A DNA stretch of 64,000 nucleotides from NCBI GenBank assembly GCA_038087875.1, contig CM075992.1, forward strand, positions 992,001 through 1,056,000, given 5' to 3'. Under the pieces are notes generated by a model. It was not told where the DNA came from and did no database searches. It saw only the letters and a list, made by a program, of their open reading frames with translations. Of this stretch, positions 24,644 to 36,114 are shown piece by piece (position 1 is the first letter of the stretch; each line of letters begins with the position of its first letter). The position numbers and the translations under genes are program-made. The stretch comes from Malacoraja senta (Eukaryota).

Positions 24644-26482
24644 CATGGAAATAGGTGATTCGGCCCACTGAGTCTACGCCAACCATCAATCACGTGTGAA
24701 CATTAGTTCTAAGTTATCCCACTTTCTTATCCAATCCTTACACATTAGGGGCAATTTTACAGAGGCCAATTAACCTACAAACCCTCACATCTTTGGGATG
24801 TGGGAGGAAACTGGAGCACCTGGAGGAAATCCACAACGTGCAAACTCTACACAGACAGTACCCGAGGTCAGGAGCGAACCTGGGTCTCTGGCACAGTGAG
24901 GCATCATCTCTACAAGCTGTGCCGTCCTTGTATGTACCAGTTGATGGATATTTTGTCAAGGCTTATATAACCCATTTTGTTAAAAAAAGAGAATACGATC
25001 AGACATTTTAGTAGGCCTGACAAAAATCAAGTAAAGATATTTCATTCATAGCTAGAACACCAGTTTTCAGTCTAAAGATTCTGAGTTCCAAGGTTCAATG
25101 TTGACCACGGGTGCTGCCTGTATGGAGTATGTACGTTCTTCCCGTGACCATTTGATTTTCTCTGGGTCCTCCAGTTTCCTTCCACATCCCAAAGATATGC
25201 GGGTTAATAGGCTTCTGTAGATTGTCCCTAGAGTGTAGGATTGAACTAATGTATGGGTGATTGCAGGTTAGCACGGACTCGGTGGGCCGAAGTGTTTGTT
25301 TCCACACTGTAGCTCTAAAAAAAACTAAATTACATTTCCCATGATCTAAGACATCCATTCAAATCAGTAGTTTAGCCCGAATGTGTTAACCTTGCACATT
25401 TTCATTATCATTTGAATTTTTACATTACTTCCATTGTGCCTCTGTACTTCTGACGTTCTTCAACTATCCTTCGCGAATTTATTTACAAAATAATTTCCTG
25501 ACTAATCTAAGCTAGCCTCATTGCAGCCTGAAAATTATATTTCTCTATTGGGATCTATTGTATTTTTTCATGAAATTGCCTGTTGTTTCTTTTACATGGA
25601 TGGAGTTTGGCGGGGGGGTTTAATTTTAGTCATTGGCTCTCAGTTCTTTTTGCAGCAACCTCAGAAAGGTTTAATTGCCTTCATCAAGACCAACCATGAA
25701 GAATATCCAATTAAAATAACAACTCCAACCACCAAGGACAAAATAAATGAGGCAGAAGTCACCTGATATGCCACCCCAAGAATCCTTAATAGATCCAATT
25801 GTTTTCTTAACTACCCGTTGCTACAAGAATATTTTTAGAACCCTTTTATATTAAGCTATTTTATGCTCCTTTAACATCATGTAGAGCTTGATTTAACCTC
25901 CCCTCAACAACATCTTTGTTTACTTGCTATAGTACATCCTGCTTTTAACCCGCCTGCAAACTTGTTCTTGTGGACAGCCTTACCCCCTCTACACGTCCTC
26001 CACATCATTCTCTTCTGCTCACAGCGGTTCTTCCTTCCTCTGCTGCACTTACTTCTCAGTGCAAGTATGGTTACTCTGTAAAATCAGTCAGACAACCCTT
26101 CCCGTCTCCACCTACCTTCTTACCATTGTTCCTTTGATTCCTTTCTCACCCCCTCAAATTCCATCACTCCACATAGCTCTCCTCCCTATTTGTAATCACC
26201 TATGGAGATTTTCCCAGGTTGTTTCCATTCATCACATCATGACATGAAGATCATGACAGAAGCCTCCTCGTGGCGATCCCTGGAAGCGACCATGCGATGC
26301 AGTCTGTGACGCGGCGGGCGACAATTCTGTCAACATGTTGGACGACGACAGAAGCCAACGGCGAGCTACATCGTCTGACACACGAGCGAACGATCACATT
26401 GTACTCCCATTCTTCTCATGCAGTTGTGTGTAAATGAGAATGATTTGCTTCTGTTTCATTTCTGAGGGTACTGACGTGGACC

Positions 26483-26585
26483 CTAAACTTTTCCTATCTA
26501 TGTACCCTCTAAACTTTTCCTATCTATGTACCCTCTAAACTTTTCCTATCTATGTACCCTCTAAACTTTTCCTATCTATGTACCT
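26483..26585. repeat. 4 x 26-bp tandem repeat at the end of a CR1 fragment
   Basis: Unit ctaaacttttcctatctatgtaccct. Confidence 0.92.
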
Positions 26586-28239
26586 TTCCAGGTTTCTTTT
26601 AAATGTTGTTAAAATACCTGCCTCAACTAACCCCATACACCCACCACACACCGACTGGAAAACGTTGCCCGTCAGAGGCAGGCTTCTATTAAATCTTACA
26701 CCTATTTCATTTGGTTTTTGGTTCCCCTAATTTGCACATTCACTCCATCTATTTCACTCATGATCTTATACACCTCTATATGATCATCCCTCATTGTCCT
26801 GTGCTCCAAGGAATAAAGTCCTAGCCTGCTCAACCTCTCCCAAAACGCAGACCCTCAGGTCCGGGGAAATAATCTCGTACCTATGTTCCCACAATCTCCT
26901 TGGATATTTCTGATCAGGCCTGGGAGATTTCTCTACCTACATACACCCTAGTACATTCAGCACCTCCTCGACCATATTACAGACTGTCCTCAAGATATCT
27001 CCATTAACTGTTCCAGTCTTCATGTCTTTCTCCACTGTAAAAATAGAGAAAGACTCATTGAGGACCACGCCCTTTTCCTGCAGCTCAACACAGACATGAC
27101 CGCTTTGATTTCTGAGGGACATTATGCTCTCTTGTTGCATGAAAGTTGAGTCAAGATGAGAATGCTTGGTACTTCAGATTCTTTCAATGATTCAGTAGCT
27201 TCATGGAGTGAATATTTAGGAAAAATGTATATCTTTACTAATTTATATTATGTTGCAGAAGGTAAGAATCCATTTTGCTTGCATCTGTAGGTTCCAAGGT
27301 TAGGTTCTTCAGGAGATTCATAACCCTTGACATCTTATCCTCAGCATCAGCACATCCACTTAAAGTAGACAATTCTGCATTTGTGCAAGATGTCGTAAGC
27401 ACAAGGGAAAAAGCTGATAGCACTGCACCAGTTGCAGTGGAGGTTCTCAAGATGATAATCATGTGTTGAAACATTATCAAGATCTGAGACATTAACTCAA
27501 CCATACGAGAATGTGGTCGAACCAGAAGTTTCCTCACCCTCTTCTCACAACCTATACATTCAAGGACAGTATATGTTCACGTCTCCTGGGTGAAGATTCA
27601 TAAGGTTACAAGTGACAGGAGCAGAATTAGGCCATTCTGCCCATCAAGTCTACTCCGCTATTTAATCATGGCTGATCTATCTCTCCCTCCTAACCCCATT
27701 CTCTTGCCTTCTCCCCATAATACTGGCATCCCTGATTCAGCAGATTCTACCTGCAATCACGGACATTTAAATGGTAGATTTTTTTCTTTACATAGGACTG
27801 TAATTAATGTGTTATTTTATGTATGTGATAGATAAGCTGTGTTACACAAGAACTTGAAGAATGGGGAAACTATGTCCTATAATTCTAAATAGTAGATGAC
27901 CACACCCATAAAATTGGCTTCTTAATTTGATCTTGACTTGTTTAGAACTGCTAAATGATGGAAGTTGTTCGTAGTTGATGTTGAAATACATTGAATGGTG
28001 CCATTATGCTGGTGCAGTGCAGATATCATCTCAGAAGGAGTGCACTATTCACCATTATTAATAGCAGGCTGATAAATCGAACAGAACTCAAACATGGATT
28101 TTTTACACAAGTGATTCTGGAGATTAAATCAAGACTTATGCATTCCCCAACAAAAAATATCCTCATCATTTAACATTTGTAGCTTCACAAGGAAGTATAT
28201 CGTCCCATTGTTATAAGGAGGGTAATTAAAAAAAACTTT

Positions 28240-29560
28240 TTGAGGATATGGCATCACTAGAAAGGTATTTACTGACTTCCTAACTTCCACAAGTGCGCAG
28301 CCATCTTGAACCACTACAGTCCTTGTAATGAAGGTACTCACACAGTGTTGTTGAGTGGCGAGTTTTAGGATTTGGACCCAGGGCAATGATATATATGTCC
28401 AGATCAGATCAGTGTAGAACTTGGATGGGGGAACCAGCAAGTGGAGGCAATCCATAATACCTGCTGCCTTTGAACTTCTTAGTTGGAGAGGTTGTGTGAT
28501 TAGGCAGTGCTGTCAGAGTAGCCTGGGTGAGCACATTTTGTACAAGTGCAGTGCAGTTTGCAGATGCGATAAGCAGCCTTATGCTTGATGGGAGTGCTAA
28601 TCAGCCAGACTGCTTTGTTCTAGAAGTGGTCAAGTTTCTTGATAGTAGTTGGAGCTGCACTGTTCCAGGCAAGAGGAGAGTATTCTATCATACTTGTAGA
28701 AGGTGGAAAGGCTTTGGGTGTGCGGAAGCAAATCACTCATGACATGATAACCTGCCGCTGACCTGTTCTTGTGGCCATGGGCTTTGTGGCTGGTCAGGTT
28801 GGGTTTCTGATCAGCAGTGATCCCCAGGATGTTGTTGGGGAGGGGCTTGGTGATGGTAATGTCAAGATGATTACTCTTGCTGAAGATGGCCATTGCCTGG
28901 AACTTCTGTTGTGCAAATTTTAGCTGCCATTTATCAGCTCATGCCCGAATAATAGGACAGTCTTGGACGTCATTAGGATATGCAAATGGTCATGGGATGC
29001 AAACAGAATCAAACATGGTACAATCATTAATTTAAAAACAAACTCTGAAAGTTAAGATGGAAGATCAGTCATTAATGAAGCGGCTGGGCTGAAGATGCTG
29101 TCCTATAGAGGCCGGCGTTATTGATGGCCAACATCTACAACCTGCTTTCTTTGTGCGATGTGCAACTCCAATCATTGGAGTGTTTTCCCCTTGATGCCCA
29201 TTGATTGTATCTATGTCACACTTTGTCAAAGGCAAACTTGATAAAGGGCAGTCACTCTCACTTCACTTCTGGAATTCCATTTTTTGGTCCATGTTTGACT
29301 CAAAGTTGTGATGAGGGCTGGACTAAATGGTCATGGTGAAAGGCAAATCAGGCATCAGTGGGCAGATTATTGGTGAGCAAATGCCACGGAATTGTATGGA
29401 AACAAGCCTTTTAGCCTAACCAGTCTCCGCTGACCATCAAGCATAAATTTACATGAATCTGTTTGATAACATCTTCCAACAGGACGCGACATAACAGGGC
29501 AATTTTCCACATTGTCAGGTAGTTACCAGCATTGCAAATTAATTGGAACAGCTTAACTCG
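28240..29560 (-). mobile_element. Old degraded LINE (CR1/L2-like) remnant
   Basis: Stop-riddled RT-like segments. A related inverted piece lies at about 37545-37830. Boundaries are approximate. Confidence 0.45.
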
Positions 29561-30182
29561 AGCACAGTTCCAGAGTTCAGGTTAGCTCTTTTTTTATAAG
29601 CGCAATGCACATTCCAGCAGCAAAATTTAAAAGAAAAGTAATTGCTTATCTATTGTACCATCACATTTCTCGGTCCATGTCTCAATCCATTTAACATCAC
29701 ATTATTTCGAGCACCTATTACACGGACCTAAAAGCCGACTCTGCTGGTTAAGGTTCCCTGAGAAATGTTGGAGGCTCATTATTAAGGGACTGTCTGATGG
29801 TATTCATGTTGCAGCCGAGAAAGTAAAACGTGTACAATTCAAAGTTTAAAATTCGGTGTGGTTGGTGAAGGAATTCATTTAAAAAAACAATTGCTTCCTT
29901 ACTGCTATTGTTGCAGAGTTGGGTAAATTTGTTCTGTGTCCTCCTGTGTTCGTGACATTTATTCAGAGGTCCTGTGTATTTGCAGATATGTCAAATGGTA
30001 TATAATGCACATTAACATCACACTCTCAAAATCCATTTGCACATCTGAATCTGTGAACGATACAGACAGCTCATATCCTATCTGGTCTTAATGAGAAAGG
30101 TGATGCCTGCTTTTCTATTACTTTAAGGGAACATATTATTTGGTCTGTATCCATTCAGTAGGTAACATTGGTCTTCTGTCAG

Positions 30183-30377
30183 TTCAGACTGAAGAAGGGT
30201 CTCGACCCGAAACGTCACCCATTCAGTCTGAAAAAGGGTCTCGACCCGAAACGTCACCCATTCAGTCTGAAGAAGGGTCTCGACCTGAAACGTCACCCAT
30301 TCAGTCTGAAGAAGGGTCTCGACCCGAAACGTCACCCATTCAGTCTGAAGAAGGGTCTCGACCCAAAACGTCACCCA
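30183..30377 (+). repeat. 5 x 39-bp tandem repeat of the Penelope-derived hammerhead-like motif
   Basis: Unit ttcagtctgaagaagggtctcgacccgaaacgtcaccca with single substitutions between copies and no spacers. It continues into the usual PLE-derived tail to about 30436. Confidence 0.95.
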
Positions 30378-30884
30378 TTTCTTCTCTCCAGAGATGCTGC
30401 CTGTACCGCTGTTACTCCAGCTTTTTGTATCTATCTTCTGTCAGTTACATCCTCTTAACCCTCACGATGCTGAGATTGCTGAGGCTCGTTGCCTTGCCAT
30501 CCTCATTGCACACCAATCCCCAGTCCCCAACTGGACCTCACCCTAATCATCTCCTACCCATTCCACTGTCTCCATGACTGACCTATGATATCTCAACCTT
30601 AAAGCGTTGAATAACAATGTCTTCTGACTAATTTAACACAAGCCCTAACCCAATCAGATACCTACCATACGAAATTTCCCATCCCGAACACAAAGTCTTG
30701 ACCGACCACATTCTTCTGATCAAATCTCCTACCTACCCAAATGTTCAAAGTCTGACTCTCTCTGTCCAAGAGCCATATCCAATAACGTAATGGGCCTCAA
30801 ATGTGATAATAATGGTAAGCTTACTAACAACTTCTATAATGGTAAGCTTACCAACAAGACTGCTCACATTTTGTCGCTGCCCTA

Positions 30885-31228
30885 TACATAGAACATAGAA
30901 AATAGGTGCAGGAGGAGGCCATTCGGCCCTTCGAGCCAGCACCGCCATTCATTGTGATCATGGCTGATCGTCCCATATCAATAACCCGTGCCTGCCTTCT
31001 CCCCATATCCCTTGACTCCACTAGCCCCTAGAGCTCTATCTAACTCTCTCTTAAATCCATCCAGTGATTTGGCCTCCACTGCCCTCTGTGGCAGGGAATT
31101 CCATAAATTCACAACTCTCTGGGTGAAAAAGTTTTTTCTCACCTCAGTCTTAAATGACCTCCCCTTTATTCTAAGACTGTGGCCCCTGGTTCTGGACTCG
31201 CCCAACATTGGGAATATTTTTCCTGCAT
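30885..31228 (-). mobile_element. CR1-clade LINE 3' end
   Basis: FPMLGESRTRGHSLRIKG...FTQRVVNLWNSLPQRAVEA plus the 3' UTR. Confidence 0.88.
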
Positions 31229-31585
31229 ATGTGGCAACTCTTTGCATACTTTGTGTATGGTATGCAAAACAAAAAAAAATCACTGTGACATGTCACATGT
31301 GATAATAAAGTATCAATCAATCAATCAACAAATTCCCATCCATAGTCATGCAAAAACTATTCGGAATAGACATCTTCTATTCGGAATGGACGTCTTGGTT
31401 CGTTTTCTATCAATCCAACGACAGATAATTATAGTGTTCTCCACTGTTTTTTTAGTTTTTTTTAAATCAAAAATATTTATTCATGTATTAAAATAGTATT
31501 TACAACACAATAAAACAAAACAGAACCCACCACCATAGTCCAAGACACAAACAAATATACTACTAAACAACGATATTACACTCCT

Positions 31586-31712
31586 TGTTTAAGAAGGAAC
31601 TGCAGATGCTGGAAAATCAAAGGTAGACAAAATTGCTGGAGAAACTCAGCGGGTGCAGCAGCATCTATGGAGCGAAGGAAATAGGCAAAGTTTCGGGCCG
31701 AAACCCTTGTTG
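31586..31712 (-). mobile_element. Penelope-derived terminal fragment
   Basis: Same family as 9051-9146. 10-bp TSD ttacactcct. Confidence 0.7.
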
Positions 31713-32562
31713 TTACACTCCTCGTCCAGAATACATTCAACCCCCTCGGTCCCAGAAACCCCCCAGGGTGCCCGTGGGTATTCTCCACTGTACGTACAAT
31801 TGTGGTCAATCAACATTGCACAGTTCAAAAGGCGTTTAGGGGAATCTTAATACATTGGCTAAGCAACTCACCAGTTAAACATACCAAAGCCATCAAAAAT
31901 TATTTGATGTATATGTTGTATGAAAGGTATAAGCGAATGAAGCCCATGGGATCAAAAAGGCAAGCATACAAAAGCTGAAAACGCATGCATTATTGCCTTC
32001 TAATGGCACTAAAACTGTGTTGTGGGCCATCTTAATGCTGTTTGTGAAAGTTGCATATAGTTAGAGATTTTCAATTCTGAGATTTAAAGTGCTGTAAGGT
32101 TGCAGGTTTCCTTGTGTAATGCAGCACTGTGTAAGTTTCAGAGCAGTGTACCCTATTGATCTTTTACAAGTTTTTGCAGATTACAGCATTTAGCCATGCA
32201 GGTGCAATCTCAGCAACCAGCTCTAAGGAGTCAAAATATAATAACATCAGCAAAAATCTCCAGCTAAAAAGGAGTGGTTGGGGAGAGAGAGAATGGGCCA
32301 CTAGGGGATCGGGAGGCTCAGCTGTTGAAGAACTGTGTCAGCAGGAAATAGTCTTTCTCCCAGCAACCAGAGAGACTACAGATCTACAGTCAGGCATCCC
32401 TGGCAGGAGTAGCTGAAAGATATCTGTAAAGACTAATATGACTGGAGTGTGGTCATTAATACCCAAACTGGCCCCTCTGTCAGCATCTCTTTCCCTTCTG
32501 CTTAAAAAAGAAGTCTCTTCTTGAGTTTAAGTCTTGGGTGACCTCTTTAACTGATTGATGCG

Positions 32563-33046
32563 AGACTGATTCCTGGGATGGCAGGACTTTCATATGAAGA
32601 AAGACTGGATAAACTCGGCTTGCACTCGCTAGAATTTAGAAGATTAAGGGGGGATCTTATAGAAACTTACAAAATTCTTAAGGAGTTGGACAGGCTAGAT
32701 GCAAGAAGATTGTTCCCGATGTTGGGGAAGTCCAGAACAAGGGGTCACAGTTTAAGGATAAGGGGGAAGTCTTTTAGGACCGAGATGAGAATTTTTTTTT
32801 CCACACAGAGAGTGGTGAATCTGTGGAATTATCTGCAACAGAAAGTAGTTGAGGCCAGTTCATTGGCTATATCTAAGAGGGAGTTAGATGTGGCCCTTGT
32901 GGCTATAGGGATCAGGGGGTATGGAGAGAAGGCAGGTACAGGATACTGAGTTGGATGATCAGCCATGATCATATTGAATGGCGGTGCAGGCTCGAAGGGC
33001 CGAATGGCCTACTCCTGCACCTATTTTCTATGTTTCTATGTTTCTA
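32563..33046 (+). mobile_element. CR1-clade LINE 3' end
   Basis: ORF2 C-terminus LSYEERLDKLGLHSLEFRRLRGDLIETY and a tttctatg tail. Confidence 0.9.
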
Positions 33047-34729
33047 TTAATGGAGCAGTGAACAGTGAATGCCAAGATGTGGAAAGGAACACCATTAGAT
33101 ACCTTGAATAATCCTAACACCAAAGGCGTACAGGTCTGTAGGTTATTTGGCTTGGTATAAATGTAAATTGTCCCTAGAGTGTGTAGGATAGTGTTAATGT
33201 GTAGGGATTGCTGGTCGGTGTGGACTTGATGCGCCTCAGGACCTGTTTCCGCACTGTATCTCTAAACTAAGCTGAACAAAGAAGCAGGGGTAGCCTTGAT
33301 ATCCATGGGCAAAGCAGTTCAGGCATATGGAACCTAGGTTTGAGATTGCAGCACAGTGACAACAAAGAGAGCAGTTTGAGTGCTAACTAGAATACTGTCA
33401 AGAGGGAGACAAAAAGGCAAGTAAACTAGCTTAGCTCAAACATAATGGTGACAAACTTTGTATGCTGCAGTGCTATTGATGTTAATTGGGGAAGTTCTTT
33501 TGGAAAAGAACATCCCTTGAACATGGCCGGAGTTGAATTTCCCCATGGGTGTAGGACACCTCAGAGTGAGCATAACTTTTCTCTACTCCAGCTTTAGCCA
33601 ATTTTCACTCAACGACATTTCTTGTTTGACTTGTGTGAAAGAATGTCAAGGTCAAACACTGACAAGCAATCAGCAGCACTGTGCGTGATAAGAAAAGTTC
33701 ACAATGATGTCCCCCTCTACATTTGAACCTGTGCATACAAGGCATCATTTCTGAAGATAACAGAAAAAACTTGCAAATGTATTAATCAGTGAAGAATTAA
33801 AGATTTCACGTAAGTGAAATGTGGGGGATTTGACATGAGTTACTTAACACAAAGAAACACGGTGATGCATTTGGGAGGAAGCGCTATGGAAAAGCATTTT
33901 GGCCCACTGAGTATGTGTCAACCATCAAGCAATCATCTATACTAATCCTACATAAACCCTATTTTTACTCCTTCCACCCCCATGTTATCCTCCATACATG
34001 TCCATTTTACCCTCCCTCTCCCCAGGTTCTGCCACAACATGGCACCAAGGGCAATTTACATTGACCTATACCAATCCACATGCCTTTGAGATGCGAGTGG
34101 AAATCCACATTGTCGCATGCAAACTTCACGCAAACAGCACAGGTGGTCAGAGTTGAATGCAGGTCACTGGAGCTGTGAGCAAAGATACTGAGTCAGCAGT
34201 GCTGTTAGCTGCGCCTCTGTGTCACCCATGAGAACACGCATTATGAAAAGGAATTTGCAAGAGCAAAGAGACATAGGGTGGGGAAGAGGAGAAATATGCA
34301 AAAATCTTTGAAGGTGCTGAACAAATTGATTAAGCTAAGGAAGGGTTTGGAAGGAGTTGTGAGGAAAGAGTTTCACTGCAGGGTAGTTGATTTCAGGGGG
34401 CCTTCAGGGGCAACCGCCCTTGAAGCAAATACAATTGCGACTTGCAAAAGACATTTGGCCAGATATGGATTGAAAGGGTTTAGAGGATACGGGCCAAATA
34501 CAGGTAAATGTGATCAGCTCTGAATGCCAACTTGGTCGGTTTTGACAAGTTGGGCCAAAAGACCTGTTTCCATGTTGCATAGCTCTACGACTTTTTATTT
34601 TTAAATAACATGGCTTGTTATGATTTAAAATACATTTTGAGAAAGGATGGTGCAAACAGATTGTTTAGTAAATTCTGAAAAATAAACTGGATCTACAATT
34701 GTAAGGGAAATGATTGAATGATTGATAGA

Positions 34730-35045
34730 TAGAAAGATACAGCATGGAAATAGACCCTGCGGCCCACCAAGTCCACACCCATCACCAATTACCTATTCAC
34801 ACCAATTCTATGTTATCCCACTTTCTCCTCCGCTCCCTACACACTTGGGACAATTTTACAGAGGCTAATTAGCCTACAATCTATACATCTTTTGGGATGC
34901 GGGAGAAAACCGGAGTACACGTAGAAAATGCATGTGGTCACTGGGAGAACGTGCAAACTCCAGAAAGACAGCACCCGATGTTGGGTTTGAACCAGGATCC
35001 CTGGCTCTGTGAGGAAGTAGCTTTATCAGCTGCACCACTACGCCA
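34730..35045 (-). mobile_element. V-SINE copy
   Basis: tRNA-like head, V-domain and CR1-like tail. Boundaries are approximate. Confidence 0.75.
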
Positions 35046-35909
35046 TCCATATGGTAAATGAGATAACTAAACTGAATAGATCAAATGGCCTTGTTTTTTT
35101 CTGGACGATTCTATGAGTTTCAATGCAGATAATCAATGTCAGCATCAAATATTGCCAAGGTCAAAGGAATATTCAGGGAGAGTGAAGCACCCACTCCTCT
35201 ATCATAACCACAGAGGAACACCACCTATTTCCCCCAGAAACAGTTCTGTGCTTGGAGCCAAACGGCAAGATAAACTAGTTTGATATTGCACAAAGTAAAT
35301 TTATAGGAGCCTTGGTCATAGCAAGCACAGGGATTTGCACACCATTATTTGCGATGAATTAAAACCCAGGGCCGAGGGACAGAAGACCAAAATGCGTTAT
35401 TGCATTCTAATGCATTTTAAAATGAAACCAAGATGACAAATTATTTGCATTTTGCTTTACTTACAGGGAGCAGCAGAGTAACCTGGGAAACGTACTGCTG
35501 CACTAAATTCAACATGGCCTTTTCATTGACAGGGCTGAAATATAAAAGCTACCCAGCGCGGGCGGCTCAGTTCTAACACATATTCAAATGAGAACATGCC
35601 CTGTGATAAACTGGTCGGATTCTCTGCACAAACAGCTGCAGCACCTGCACTTGGACATGAAGCGCAACGATGCCTGAGCTTCCTATCAAAGCAAAGCATA
35701 TATTAAATTAAGCAAACAGCTTTTCACCATGTTCCTAATTCAGTCATTTCATTGCAGCCCAACCCCTCCAGCTATGAGCAAATGTTCAAATGCACGACAA
35801 TTACAAAATGATACCAATTTAAGCATTTAATTAACAGTAGCCTGGGAATTCAATCAAATATTAAATTGAACAAAAAAAAAAGGAAAGCTTTTAATATAGA
35901 GACACTCAC

Positions 35910-36114
35910 TGTGCAAGTTCCAGGCTGAGCAGTGTTCTGACTCCTGCCTGGTGTCACTTTCGGAACCTGTCGTCTCAAAGTCCTGTGAAGACCCCCTTGT
36001 ACTCCTGTTAAAGAGCCTTATGGCCAAGTTCTCAAGTTTTTGAAAAGCAGAGGACATTTTTGACCCTTTGCGATCAGCAGCTCGTTGACAAGTCACCTCT
36101 GAACATTGATTCAT
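35910..36114 (-). CDS. PRKACA: PRKACA alternative first coding exon, long N-terminus (CalphaL, paralogous to Cbeta2)
   Basis: Encodes MNQCSEVTCQRAADRKGSKMSSAFQKLENLAIRLFNRSTRGSSQDFETTGSESDTRQESEHCSAWNLH. This aligns with the human Cbeta2 N-terminus (ALQKLEGFASRLFHRHSKG...SEHTALWDRS). The phase-1 donor CAC A|gtgagt gives A+TG = Met before KEFLAK, as in Cbeta2. Assigned to PRKACA rather than PRKACB by ASF1B synteny. Confidence 0.88.

Noticed and set aside
30183-30377. CRISPR-like array
   Set aside because: The units are contiguous with no unique spacers, the context is eukaryotic, there are no cas genes, and the unit is a Penelope-derived repeat.
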